64,000 nt of DNA, taken from contig CBDCDA010000001.1 of assembly GCA_965215335.1 (NCBI GenBank), positions 1,504,001 through 1,568,000 of the forward strand. Direction: 5' to 3'. The stretch comes from an uncultured Candidatus Entotheonella sp. Its GTDB lineage: Bacteria; Tectomicrobia; Entotheonellia; Entotheonellales; Entotheonellaceae. Each line of letters opens with the position of its first letter. Within the stretch, counting starts at the first letter, position 1. The translations under genes were made by a program, and so were the position numbers. The notes beneath the pieces are model-generated. The model did no database searches. It saw nothing but the letters and a program-made list of their open reading frames with translations, and was not told the origin of the DNA. Shown here piece by piece: positions 20,015-29,621 of this stretch.

Positions 20015-21034
20015 GTGACAGATCGCATCGTGGATCGAACCCAGGATTCCGAGGAGAATCTCCTCGAAGTCAGCTTGCGTCCGCTGGCACTTGAAGACTA
20101 CGTCGGGCAGTCGCAGAGCAAGGAAAATCTCCGCATTCTGATCGAGGCCGCTCGGCAGCGCGCCGACGCGATTGACCATATTCTCTTTTGCGGACCGCCC
20201 GGCCTTGGCAAGACCACCCTGGCGCACATCATCGCCAACGAAATGCAGGTCAACGTCAAGACCACCTCGGGGCCGGTTCTGGAACGGCCCGGCGACTTGG
20301 CCGCCGTTCTCACCAATCTGCAGCAGGGCGATGTGTTCTTCATCGACGAGATCCACCGCTTGTCGCACGTCATCGAGGAAGTGCTGTATCCCGCCATGGA
20401 GGATTTTCAGCTCGACATCATCATCGGGCAGGGACCGAGCGCCCGGACGATCAAGCTGACCCTGCCACGCTTCACCCTTGTCGGCGCGACGACGCGGGCG
20501 GGGCTGCTGACCTCGCCGCTGCGCGACCGGTTTGGCGTGGTGATGCGGCTCGATTTTTATTCGCAGGAGGAGTTGCAGGAAATTCTGCGCCGCGCCGCCG
20601 ACCTGTTGCGGGTAGGCATCGACCAAGCGGGCACCGTCGAGATTGCCCGGCGTTCGCGCGGTACGCCTCGGGTGGCGAACCGGTTGCTCAAGCGGGTGCG
20701 TGATTACGCGCAGGTGCGGGCGAATGGCTTCATTACCTGTGAGGTGGCCGCCCAGGCCCTGAAGCTCCTGGACGTCGACGACCTGGGGCTGGACAAAATG
20801 GACCGGCAGCTTCTGGAAGCGATTATCGACAAGTTTGGCGGTGGCCCGGTAGGTCTGGAGACGCTTTCCGCCGTCCTCAACGAGGAGAAGGACACCATCG
20901 AGGACGTGTACGAGCCGTTCCTGATTCAGGGGGGCTATCTCAAACGCACCCCGCGTGGGCGTACTGCTACCCCCCTGGCGTATCGCCACTTGCGGCGCCA
21001 ACTTGTCACCGATGGCCAAGGCCGCCTGCTGTAA
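20015..21034 (+). CDS. ruvB: Holliday junction helicase RuvB
   Basis: [35 protein letters not shown] start after GGAGG. Confidence 0.97.
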   Translation: MTDRIVDRTQDSEENLLEVSLRPLALEDYVGQSQSKENLRILIEAARQRADAIDHILFCGPPGLGKTTLAHIIANEMQVNVKTTSGPVLERPGDLAAVLTNLQQGDVFFIDEIHRLSHVIEEVLYPAMEDFQLDIIIGQGPSARTIKLTLPRFTLVGATTRAGLLTSPLRDRFGVVMRLDFYSQEELQEILRRAADLLRVGIDQAGTVEIARRSRGTPRVANRLLKRVRDYAQVRANGFITCEVAAQALKLLDVDDLGLDKMDRQLLEAIIDKFGGGPVGLETLSAVLNEEKDTIEDVYEPFLIQGGYLKRTPRGRTATPLAYRHLRRQLVTDGQGRLL

Positions 21035-21060
21035 TACCCTGCCATGAGAAAGCGCTTGCC

Positions 21061-22101
21061 GTGCACCTGCGCGACTTCGATTTCACCCTGCCAGCCGAAT
21101 TGATCGCCCAGGCGCCCGCCACCAGGCGGGATGGCTCGCGGCTGATGATTGTCGACCGGCAGCAGCGCAGCATCCGGCACGACGGTTTTGCCAACGTCGG
21201 CACTTACCTGTGCGCCGGGGATGTGCTGGTGGTGAACGACACCAAGGTGGTCCCGGCACGCTTGCGGGGCCGCAAGATCGGCACCGGCGGCAGCGTCGAG
21301 GTGCTGCTGCTTCACGAGGTCAGCGCCGGGGCATGGGAAGTGCTGCTGAAGCCCTCCGCCAGGACGCCGGCCGGCACGCAGGTGGAATTCGGCGCCGGGG
21401 CGTTGCGGGGGCGTATAGGGAAACGGACGGGTCACGGGGCCGCCATCCTGTACTTTACGCCGCCCGATGTTCTGCCGGCGCTTGCCGAATTCGGGGAGGT
21501 GCCGCTGCCGCCATATATCAAACGGCAGCAGCCGGCCGAGAGCCGGGAATTCGATCTTGAACGCTACCAGACGGTGTATGCCTGTCGTCCCGGCGCGGTT
21601 GCGGCGCCAACCGCGGGTTTGCATTTCACGCCGGAGTTGCTGGCTGATCTGGAGCGGCAAGGCATTCAGCGAGCGGCGCTCACGCTTCACGTGGGGTGGG
21701 GAACGTTCCAGCCGGTGCGCAGCGACGACGTTGAGCAGCATCACATGGGCTCGGAACGTTACCATCTGGCAACGCCCGAGGCGAAACGCATCGAACGCGC
21801 CCACGAACAGGGGCATCGGGTGGTGGCGGTGGGAACCACGACGACCCGCACCCTGGAAACCATTGGGCAACAAACCGGAAAGGTGCGCGCCGCCAGCGGC
21901 TGGTCGGAACTCTTTATCAAGCCCGGGCATCGTTTTCGCGTCATCGACGCCCTGGTCACCAATTTTCACCTGCCGCGCTCAACGCTCTTCATGCTCGTCT
22001 GCGCGTTTGCCGACCGCGCCCTCATGCTCGAAGCCTATCAGACAGCCATTGCCAACCAGTACCGCTTCTACAGTTACGGTGACGCCATGCTCATCATGTG
22101 A
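21061..22101 (+). CDS. queA: SAM:tRNA ribosyltransferase-isomerase
   Basis: FDFTLP.ELIAQ, PLPPYI, YQTVYA, AAPTAGLHF, TNFHLP.ST, YRFYSYGDAM. Confidence 0.97.
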   Translation: MHLRDFDFTLPAELIAQAPATRRDGSRLMIVDRQQRSIRHDGFANVGTYLCAGDVLVVNDTKVVPARLRGRKIGTGGSVEVLLLHEVSAGAWEVLLKPSARTPAGTQVEFGAGALRGRIGKRTGHGAAILYFTPPDVLPALAEFGEVPLPPYIKRQQPAESREFDLERYQTVYACRPGAVAAPTAGLHFTPELLADLERQGIQRAALTLHVGWGTFQPVRSDDVEQHHMGSERYHLATPEAKRIERAHEQGHRVVAVGTTTTRTLETIGQQTGKVRAASGWSELFIKPGHRFRVIDALVTNFHLPRSTLFMLVCAFADRALMLEAYQTAIANQYRFYSYGDAMLIM

Positions 22102-22117
22102 GCCTGTCCGGCCGTGC

Positions 22118-22399
22118 TTAGGCGTCACCGTTGACGGCGTCCTTGAAATACTTGCCCGACTTGAACCGTACCACCCGCCGCGCTGGTATTTCGGCTTCTT
22201 CACCCGTTTTAGGATTCCGCCCGAGGCGAGCGTGCTTTTCGCGTACCTGAAAGGTGCCGAAACGCCGCAGGACGACCGACTCGCCCCGACACAGGCTCTC
22301 CTTCAGTTCGTCGAGGATCGCGTCCACGGCCTCTTCGGCTTTCACCTTGGTAATGTCGGTTTCATCGGCAATACGATTGACAATTTCGACTTTCCTCAT
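22118..22399 (-). CDS. HU/IHF family DNA-binding protein
   Basis: MRK.EI, FGTF, GRNPKTGE, IPARRVVRF; RRFG replaces the usual GFG. Confidence 0.93.
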   Translation of the reverse strand: MRKVEIVNRIADETDITKVKAEEAVDAILDELKESLCRGESVVLRRFGTFQVREKHARLGRNPKTGEEAEIPARRVVRFKSGKYFKDAVNGDA

Positions 22400-22537
22400 G
22401 GGCTGGCGGCTTCCGGGTTCGGGGGTGAGAGATGGTGAGACAACGCACCTCGGTTCTGTTGTCTGTAGGCGGGTGCACCTCATTGAATATCAGATTCTGC
22501 CGCCTGAATCAAGAACACTGAACCGCTGGCATGGGGT

Positions 22538-23725
22538 TCAGGCTCTGGGCAGCACCTGCCCCGGGCGCCGGACCGGCAGCGCCACGGACAAGGTGAGCGC
22601 ACGCCAGAGCCGTGCCGCGGCGCGGGCGATGCGGCTGAACAGCGAACGGCGCTGCGTCACGCTGACCGATTCGCCATTCAGGGCGGCAAATTCGCGCAGC
22701 AGCTCTTCCTGGCGTTCGGTGAGACGGGTGGGGGTTCGCACCACGAGGTGCGCGACCTGATCGCCGCGCCCACCGCCCCGCACGTGTGGCACACCGCAGC
22801 CTCGCAAGGACAGCGTGTCGCGGGTCTGGGTGCCGCGCGGGATGGTAAGCGTTTTGGGCCCGTACAGTGACGGAACTTCCACGTCCGCGCCCAAGGCCGC
22901 CTGGGAGAACGAGACCGTCACCTCGCAGTGCACGTCGGCCCCGTGACACTCGAAAAGATCATGCGGCGCCACGTGCACCACCACGTACAGGTCTCCCGGC
23001 GGCCCGCCATTGGCGCCCTCCTCGCCCTCGCCGGTGAGACGCAGGCGAGAGTTTTCGTCCATGCCGGCCGGGATCTTCACCGACAGCTTCTTGGCCGTTT
23101 GCACTAGGCCCAGCCCGCGGCACTCGGGGCACGGGTTGGTAATCACCACGCCTTGGCCGCGACAGCGCGGGCACGAGGCGCGCATGGCGAAAAAGCCCTG
23201 CCGCCGTTCCACCTGGCCCAGCCCGCCGCAGGTTTCGCAGGTGGTGGGCTGCGTGCCCGGCGCGGTGCGTTTGCCCAGGCAGCGGATGCAGGTTTCGGTC
23301 TTGTCGAATTCCAACATTTTTTCAGTGCCGGAAACGACTTCTTCCAGGCTGATCTGAACGTCGTAGCGCAGGTCCGCGCCGGCTCGCGCCGCCGTCCGTG
23401 CGCCTCGGCGCCCGCCACCAAAGCCGAACAGTTCTTCGAAAATGCTGCCGAAACTGGAGAAAACGTCCTCGGCGCCGCCAAAACCTTGAAAGCCTGCGCC
23501 CTGCAGACCGTCGTGACCATAGCGGTCGTACAGGCTGCGCTTCTCGGGGTCGTTCAGCACGTCGTAGGCCTCGGCCGCCTCCTTGAATTTCTCCTCGGCC
23601 ACGTCGTCGTCGGGGTTGCGGTCCGGGTGGTATTTCAAGGCCAGCTTGCGATAGCTCTTTTTCAGATCTTCCTCGTTCGCATCGCGCGGTACCTCAAGGA
23701 TTTCGTAATAATCCCGTTTGATCAT
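22538..23725 (-). CDS. dnaJ: Chaperone DnaJ (class A)
   Basis: J-domain HPD, G/F region, four CxxCxG zinc motifs, GDLYV. Confidence 0.95.
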   Translation of the reverse strand: MIKRDYYEILEVPRDANEEDLKKSYRKLALKYHPDRNPDDDVAEEKFKEAAEAYDVLNDPEKRSLYDRYGHDGLQGAGFQGFGGAEDVFSSFGSIFEELFGFGGGRRGARTAARAGADLRYDVQISLEEVVSGTEKMLEFDKTETCIRCLGKRTAPGTQPTTCETCGGLGQVERRQGFFAMRASCPRCRGQGVVITNPCPECRGLGLVQTAKKLSVKIPAGMDENSRLRLTGEGEEGANGGPPGDLYVVVHVAPHDLFECHGADVHCEVTVSFSQAALGADVEVPSLYGPKTLTIPRGTQTRDTLSLRGCGVPHVRGGGRGDQVAHLVVRTPTRLTERQEELLREFAALNGESVSVTQRRSLFSRIARAAARLWRALTLSVALPVRRPGQVLPRA

Positions 23726-23736
23726 GGCGTTGCACC

Positions 23737-24054
23737 TTATGTCGAAGCCGGATTGCGTGGGTTCCCCGGCACCTCGCGCATGGCCAGCAGGGCGCGCGTT
23801 TCTTCCTGCGCGGCCCGGAGCTTGCGCAGCAGGTCCATGATGATCGTCACGCCCGCCAGATTGACCCCCATCTCGCGCGTCAGGTTCAGAATCGTGCCGA
23901 GGTGGTTAATGTCCTGGCGCGAGTAGAGCCGCGTGTTGCCTGCCGAGCGTTGCGGATGCAGCAGCCCTTCGCGCTCGTACAGGCGCAGGGTCTGCGGGTG
24001 CACGTTGAACATGTTGGCGACGGCGCTGATGGTGAAGTATTCCTTGCCAGGCAT
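23737..24054 (-). CDS. hspR: MerR-family heat-shock repressor HspR
   Basis: ISAVA...[27 protein letters not shown]; located between two DnaJ genes; start may be 24066. Confidence 0.88.
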   Translation of the reverse strand: MPGKEYFTISAVANMFNVHPQTLRLYEREGLLHPQRSAGNTRLYSRQDINHLGTILNLTREMGVNLAGVTIIMDLLRKLRAAQEETRALLAMREVPGNPRNPAST

Positions 24055-24059
24055 ATGGC

Positions 24060-24971
24060 TTACCATCTCTTGGCACGTGGTTGCATGGGATTGCGGGCGG
24101 AGAACTCTTCCAACAGCTCCCGTGAGCGGTCGTCCAGCGTTTCCGGCAGCACAACGTGCACGCGCACGTACTGGTTGCCGCGCTCATTGCCTTGCCGTCT
24201 CGCAGCCCCCTTGCCACGCAAGCGGAAGCGGCGGCCATTCTGCGTGCCGGGCGGCAGCGTCATGGCGGTGGGGCCGTCGATGGTCGGCACCTCGATTTTG
24301 GCGCCCAGCATGGCCTCGGCCAGCGTCACCGGCACTTCGCATTCGATGTCGTTGCCGTGGCGTTCAAAGTAGGCGTGCGGTTTGACTCGTATGGCGACGT
24401 ACAGATCGCCCGGCGGCCCACCCGCCGTTCCGGCGCCGCCCTTGCCGGCGATGCGTATCTTGAAGCCGGTGTCCACGCCCGGCGGGATTTTGACCTGCCG
24501 ACGTTCGATGCTGCCGTCCCGGTGGGTCAGCCTGACGCGGGTCGTGGTGCCGCGCAGGACGTCCTCGAAGGGAATTTCCAAGGTCTGCTCAACATCCTGC
24601 CCGCGCTGCGGCATCGGCCCGGCGCGCCCGCCGCCCGCGAACAGGTCGTCGAAAATGGCGCCGAATCCCTCGGCAGAGCCCCCACCCGAGCCAAAGATGT
24701 CGCGGCTATGGCCGGTATGAAAACCGCCGAATCCGCCACCGCCCATGTCGAATGCCTGATGCCCGAAGCGGTCGTATGTCGCACGGCTGTCGGCGTTGCC
24801 GAGCACCTCGTAGGCCTCGGATATCTCCTTGAATTTCTGCTCGGCAGCGGCGTCTCCCGGGTTGACGTCCGGGTGATACTGGCGAGCCAGGCGGCGGTAG
24901 GCCTGCTTGATCTCTTTCTCGTCGGCGTCTCGTTTGACGTTGAGGGTCCGGTAATAATCGTGCTGGGCCAT
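24060..24971 (-). CDS. cbpA: DnaJ class B protein (CbpA-like)
   Basis: J-domain HPD, no zinc finger, C-terminal substrate-binding domains. Confidence 0.85.
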   Translation of the reverse strand: MAQHDYYRTLNVKRDADEKEIKQAYRRLARQYHPDVNPGDAAAEQKFKEISEAYEVLGNADSRATYDRFGHQAFDMGGGGFGGFHTGHSRDIFGSGGGSAEGFGAIFDDLFAGGGRAGPMPQRGQDVEQTLEIPFEDVLRGTTTRVRLTHRDGSIERRQVKIPPGVDTGFKIRIAGKGGAGTAGGPPGDLYVAIRVKPHAYFERHGNDIECEVPVTLAEAMLGAKIEVPTIDGPTAMTLPPGTQNGRRFRLRGKGAARRQGNERGNQYVRVHVVLPETLDDRSRELLEEFSARNPMQPRAKRW

Positions 24972-25022
24972 GGGACCACGTTCCTTCCGGGCCTTTCAAG
25001 GGTGCCGATATTCGGGTAGTTA

Positions 25023-25657
25023 TCAGTTTTCTGCGTTCTTTTCTCCCGTTGATCCACCGAAATACGCTTTTAGAAACTCGAATGCCTGCCTTTTCTGATC
25101 TTCGGATGCCGATTGAATGATCGTCGCCACATTGAGCCAACCGGTTTCGTCATCCCAGTAGTTCTTCTTCATCACTTGATGTCGACCGCACAAGGACTGC
25201 CACTTCGACGGGTCTTCAGGGTCAATTTCGGCATGTATGGAATGCGGGTTTTTGTGATCGGGAGTTAGCCTGACGGTTCCGCCACCGACGGGGTCAATGT
25301 CTCCTTGCCGTAAGCCGCACGTGATACCACTTTCCGTCCATGAACACCGGTAATCTGATTGAGCCAACACTTGCAGCCACGTTGCCGCGTTCGGTCGCGT
25401 GCGCTCGGATGCCGTACTTCGCCGTTCGGCATCATGTACTCGCTGACCTTGAGATCATCCCTGTTGCGCCATGAGAAGATTGTATAACCCTTGTCGGTTC
25501 TCAGTTCGGACAATCGTTGATGCCAATTCTCAGGGACACGGCCCGTCTTCGGGTCAGTCGCAACCTTGCCTAAGTCGTCGTGAAAGAATGCCTCTAGCCG
25601 AGCACGTATGGACGGTTGTTCGTATGGCCCTTGGATAATGGCGTTTCTATCGTCCAT
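25023..25657 (-). pseudogene. KpnI-like HNH type II restriction endonuclease, frameshifted
   Basis: Two frames join to give DPKTGRVPENWHQRLSELRTDKGYTI...ASERTRPNAATWLQVL...CSW...CGL..GDIDPVGGGTVRLTPDH..PHS...WQSLCGRHQVMKKNYWD, closely matching R.KpnI as recalled; frameshift near 25415; lower GC than flanks. Confidence 0.8.
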
Positions 25658-25846
25658 TCGATGGTTCTCTATAGAGCAATAATGAAAGGAATACCCCCAG
25701 GCCATGAGAAAATCATGGAGCCATACAACTAAGTGCTTAATGCCGAATTCAATATAGATTACGAGTACTTCTGACAGGTTGCTCGCACGTTTACCCTGCG
25801 TGAGCAATGGACATGCGACTGGGAGCTAAGGACTGAGCGGAAGCAG

Positions 25847-25875
25847 ATTATAATATATGAGTCTCGACATGTCAA
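25847..25875 (-). promoter_or_regulatory. Consensus sigma70 promoter overlapped by a HAIR-like HspR operator
   Basis: Minus strand TTGACA-tgtcgagactcatatat(17)-TATAAT; TTGACA-N7-ACTCAT resembles HAIR TTGAGT-N7-ACTCAA; points toward cbpA-hspR-dnaJ. Confidence 0.85.
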
Positions 25876-25902
25876 CATTGCAAGTTGCGTGAGGGTGAGA
25901 GG

Positions 25903-26796
25903 TCAGCTTGCCAGCGGCGATACCGTCAGCCGGGACGGCTTTTCGATCTCCATGAAGATGGCGCCGTCTTTGAAGATGCGCACGTCGCCGGTGGATTCGG
26001 AGATGACGATGGCGACGGCCTCGGTGACGGAGGTGATGCCCGCGGCGGCGACGTGGCGGGACCCCAGGCCCTGGGGCAGGTCGACGGTGGATTCCAGGGC
26101 GGCGTTGAGATGGCGGCCGGCGGATGTCACCTCGCCGTCTTCCCGGATGACGAAGGCGCCGTCGAGGGCGGAGAACTCTTTCAGCGTTTCGCGCAAATGC
26201 GGATTGAGCACATTGCGCTCCTCGGCAGGATAGCCCTGGAACGGGTTGAAGATGGTTTGGCGCGAGAACTGCATCACCTTGTCGTGATCGCCCAGCACAA
26301 AGGTGGCGCCCACGGGCTTGCCCTCGCGTCCCTGGCTGGCCAGTTCCACCGCGAGGTTCAACATCGCCTCGAAAACCGCGGAAGGAATGTGCCCCGCGAT
26401 GTCCGACACGTTCGTGGAGATAAGCAACTCCCGCTCCTTGCCGATGTCGAGCACGACGATGCAGTCGAGGGAGCCGAAAACCGATGATCCGGTCAGGCAG
26501 ACGATCTTGTCTCCCTCGGCGACGTGGCCTTCGGACAGCGCCATGACCACCGCCAGCTTGATTTGTCCCATGCGGGTCAGTGGAATGGGCGGCAGGCGCA
26601 GGGTAGCGGAAACTTCCGCGCTGGGCTCGGTGCGGCTTTCCGAGTGGGTGATCAGGATGATGTCGGTGTCGTCCAGCATGCCGCTGGGGATGGGATAGTC
26701 CTGAATGGCGTCCGCGTAGACAAACAGGGCCTTGGCGCTGATTTCGTTGGCGATGACGCAGGCTGATTCGACGATGACGGTGTTGAGAGAGCGCAT
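25903..26796 (-). CDS. Diadenylate cyclase, DacZ-like (N-terminal pyruvate-kinase-C-like domain + DAC domain)
   Basis: GREGKPVG, LDGAF, GLGSRH.AAA, AIVISES.G. Confidence 0.87.
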   Translation of the reverse strand: MRSLNTVIVESACVIANEISAKALFVYADAIQDYPIPSGMLDDTDIILITHSESRTEPSAEVSATLRLPPIPLTRMGQIKLAVVMALSEGHVAEGDKIVCLTGSSVFGSLDCIVVLDIGKERELLISTNVSDIAGHIPSAVFEAMLNLAVELASQGREGKPVGATFVLGDHDKVMQFSRQTIFNPFQGYPAEERNVLNPHLRETLKEFSALDGAFVIREDGEVTSAGRHLNAALESTVDLPQGLGSRHVAAAGITSVTEAVAIVISESTGDVRIFKDGAIFMEIEKPSRLTVSPLAS

Positions 26797-26854
26797 GTCC
26801 GCCTCACAGGACAACGAGCCGCTGTGTTGGCACGATGTACATTTTTGTTGAAAC

Positions 26855-26884
26855 AGTGTAGTCAAATTGGCGGCTGCCTGTCAA
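26855..26884 (-). promoter_or_regulatory. Putative promoter of the diadenylate cyclase
   Basis: Minus strand TTGACA-N18-TACACT. Confidence 0.5.
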
Positions 26885-26953
26885 AAGACGATCGGCCCGC
26901 CTGTGCTATAGTGCTGGCGCCAGTTTCAACGAGATGTCATCCAAAACTCCACC

Positions 26954-29020
26954 ATGCTGCATAGAATGCCGGAGATGACGCCGCAACGTGTCCCCATCGC
27001 CCTTCGCCGCCGGCGCAACATCGGCATTATTTCGCATATCGACGCCGGCAAGACGACCGTGACGGAACGCATCCTCTATTACACGGGTCTGACGCACAAG
27101 CTGGGCGAGGTGCATGACGGGCAGGCGGTAATGGACTGGATGCAACAGGAGCGCGAACGTGGCATCACGATCAGTGCGGCGGCGGCGACGTGCGACTGGC
27201 GGCGGCACCAGATCACCATTATCGACACGCCCGGCCACGTGGACTTCACCATCGAGGTAGAGCGCTCGCTGCGCGTTCTGGATGGGGTGGTGGCGCTCTT
27301 CGCGGCGGTGGAAGGGGTGCAGCCGCAATCCGAATTGGTATGGCATCAGGCAGACCGTTATCGGGTGCCGCGCCTGGCGTTCATCAACAAAATGGACCGG
27401 CTGGGAGCGAACCACGAGCGCGTGCTGCAGGACATCCGGGACACTCTGGGAGCCTCACCCGTGCTACTGCAGCTGCCCCTGGGAACGGAAGAGCATTTTC
27501 AGGGGATCATCGACCTGATCGACCTGCAATGCGTGACCTGGCGCACTGACGATGCCGGGATGACCCCGGAGACGGGGGCCATCCCGCCGCAATTCGAGGC
27601 GGCGGCGCAAGCGCAGCGGACCGCCCTGCTGGAAACGGTGGCCGAGCACGATGACACCTTGCTGGAACGGTATCTGGTCGGTGACCCGCTGGACGCCGAA
27701 GCGATTCGCAACGCGGTGCGCAAGAGCGCCCTGTCCGGCGCCCTGGTGCCGGTGCTGCTGGGCTCCGGCCTGCACAACAAGGGCATCCAGCCGCTTCTCG
27801 ACGCCATCGTGTGGTACCTGCCGTCGCCCGCCGACGTGCCGTCGATTGCCGGCGTCGAGCCAGCGGAGGAAACCGCTACCGAACGCCATAACGACCCGAA
27901 CGAGCCACTGGCGGCGCTCGCCTTCAAGGTGGCGCTGGACCAGGGCCGCCGCCTGACCTATCTGCGGCTTTACGCCGGCTGCCTTGAGGCCGGCACGCAG
28001 GTCTACAATCCCAGAACCGGTACGAGCGAACGGGTGGCGCGCCTGCTGCGCATGCGCGCCAACAAACGCCAGCGCCTGGACCAGGCGCTGGCCGGGGACA
28101 TCGTGGCCGCTACCGGGTTGAAGGACGCGATGACTGGCGACACCCTGTGCGACCCCGGGCATCCCATCCGCTTCGAGGCCATCGCCTGCCCGCAGCCGGT
28201 GATCAATCTGGCCGTGGAACCGATGACCAACGCCGAGCAGGACAAGTTGCAGTTTGCCCTCGAAAAGCTTGTCGCCGAGGACCCGACCCTGCAGGTGCAA
28301 TTCGATGAGGAGCGGGGACATACCATTCTGTCAGGCATGGGCGAGTTGCACCTGGAGGTGCTCATTCGTCGCCTGGTCGATGAGTTTCAGTTGCACGTCC
28401 ATGTGGGGAAACCACAGGTCGTCTATCGCGAAACCATTCAGAGCGAGGCGGAATGCTCGGAAACCTTCGACCGGGAGATCGCCGGCAGGCGTCAGGTTGC
28501 CGGGGTCACGCTGGCCGTCATCCCCGCCGCTTCTGGCGCCGGTCTTGAATTTGACAATGCGTTGGCACCAGACGCCGACGCGCCCGCGGGGGTAATTGAC
28601 GCCGTGCGGCAGGGCGTTCTGGACGCCGCGTCGTCAGGAGTGATGCAAGGCTATCCGGTGGTCGACGTGCGCGTTGAGCTGCGCCGCCTGACTTGCCGGG
28701 ACGACGGCACCCCGCTGGCCTTTCAGGTCGCCGCCGGGCAAGCCTTGCGCCGCGCTCTGGAGGCGGCGCAACCCGTCCTGCTCGAGCCGGTGATGAGCCT
28801 CGAAATCCTGGTCCCCGAGGCCTTTGTCGGCAACGTCATCAGCGGTCTGCAGAGTCGCCGCGGCGTTGTCGAAGGCATCGAAAACCAGGGGCTTCAGCAC
28901 GTGTTGCGCACCCTCGTTCCGCTTGCCGGAACCTTCGGCTACACGACGGATCTGCGTTCCGCCAGCCAGGGTCGCGGCACCTTCAGCATGCACTTTTCGC
29001 ACTACGCGCCCGCGTCGTAA
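26954..29020 (+). CDS. fusA: Elongation factor G paralog (EF-G2-like), outside the str operon
   Basis: SHIDAGKTT, ERERGITI, DTPGH, NKMD, GMGELHL, PQVVYRETI; divergent domain IV. Confidence 0.9.
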   Translation: MLHRMPEMTPQRVPIALRRRRNIGIISHIDAGKTTVTERILYYTGLTHKLGEVHDGQAVMDWMQQERERGITISAAAATCDWRRHQITIIDTPGHVDFTIEVERSLRVLDGVVALFAAVEGVQPQSELVWHQADRYRVPRLAFINKMDRLGANHERVLQDIRDTLGASPVLLQLPLGTEEHFQGIIDLIDLQCVTWRTDDAGMTPETGAIPPQFEAAAQAQRTALLETVAEHDDTLLERYLVGDPLDAEAIRNAVRKSALSGALVPVLLGSGLHNKGIQPLLDAIVWYLPSPADVPSIAGVEPAEETATERHNDPNEPLAALAFKVALDQGRRLTYLRLYAGCLEAGTQVYNPRTGTSERVARLLRMRANKRQRLDQALAGDIVAATGLKDAMTGDTLCDPGHPIRFEAIACPQPVINLAVEPMTNAEQDKLQFALEKLVAEDPTLQVQFDEERGHTILSGMGELHLEVLIRRLVDEFQLHVHVGKPQVVYRETIQSEAECSETFDREIAGRRQVAGVTLAVIPAASGAGLEFDNALAPDADAPAGVIDAVRQGVLDAASSGVMQGYPVVDVRVELRRLTCRDDGTPLAFQVAAGQALRRALEAAQPVLLEPVMSLEILVPEAFVGNVISGLQSRRGVVEGIENQGLQHVLRTLVPLAGTFGYTTDLRSASQGRGTFSMHFSHYAPAS

Positions 29021-29607
29021 CCCGCCGACCTCAACAGCGCCAGGGTCCGCTCCAAGGGCAGGCCCACGACGTTGTGGTAGCACCCCTCCAAGGCCGCAAC
29101 GAATTGCCTGCCGGCGCCTTGAACCGCATAGGCGCCAGCCTTGTCGAACGGCTCCCCCGTGGCGATATACGCTTCGATATCCGCAGCCCGCGAGGTGTGA
29201 AAGCGCACCCGCGTACTCACGACGTCACACTGCGTTATGGCTCGGCCGTGGTGCACGACGGCCACGCCGGTCATCACCGTGTGCTGGCGTCCGCTGAGGC
29301 TGCTCAGCATGGCGCGTGCCGCGGCGGCATCCGTTGGCTTTCCGAGAACGCGTTGGTCGAGGACGACAGCTGTATCCGCGCCCAGCACCCAGGCGGCGGG
29401 GAATTGTTCAGCCAGTTGTTCGGCTTTCGTCCGAGCCAGGCGTACAACATAAGATTCGGGCGGCTCCGCGGCGCGCGGTCGTTCGTCGATATGTGCCGGC
29501 ATGACGCTGAACGACAACGCTGACGTTGCGAGGAGTTCGCGCCGTCGTGGGGAGGCCGAGGCGAGGATCAGGGTGGGGCAGGGGCTGTCGCCCGTATCCG
29601 AGGCCAT
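29002..29607 (-). CDS. maf: Maf nucleotide pyrophosphatase (YhdE-like)
   Basis: ILASASPRR, GADT, LGKP, LSGR.H, DKAGAY.VQG; 19-nt convergent overlap with the EF-G gene. Confidence 0.95.
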   Translation of the reverse strand: MASDTGDSPCPTLILASASPRRRELLATSALSFSVMPAHIDERPRAAEPPESYVVRLARTKAEQLAEQFPAAWVLGADTAVVLDQRVLGKPTDAAAARAMLSSLSGRQHTVMTGVAVVHHGRAITQCDVVSTRVRFHTSRAADIEAYIATGEPFDKAGAYAVQGAGRQFVAALEGCYHNVVGLPLERTLALLRSAGYDAGA

Positions 29608-29621
29608 CGTTGCCCGGTCGG

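Noticed and set aside
24071..24086. Sigma54-like TGGCACG...TTGCA
   Set aside because: Spacing is one base short and it lies inside the cbpA coding region on the opposite strand
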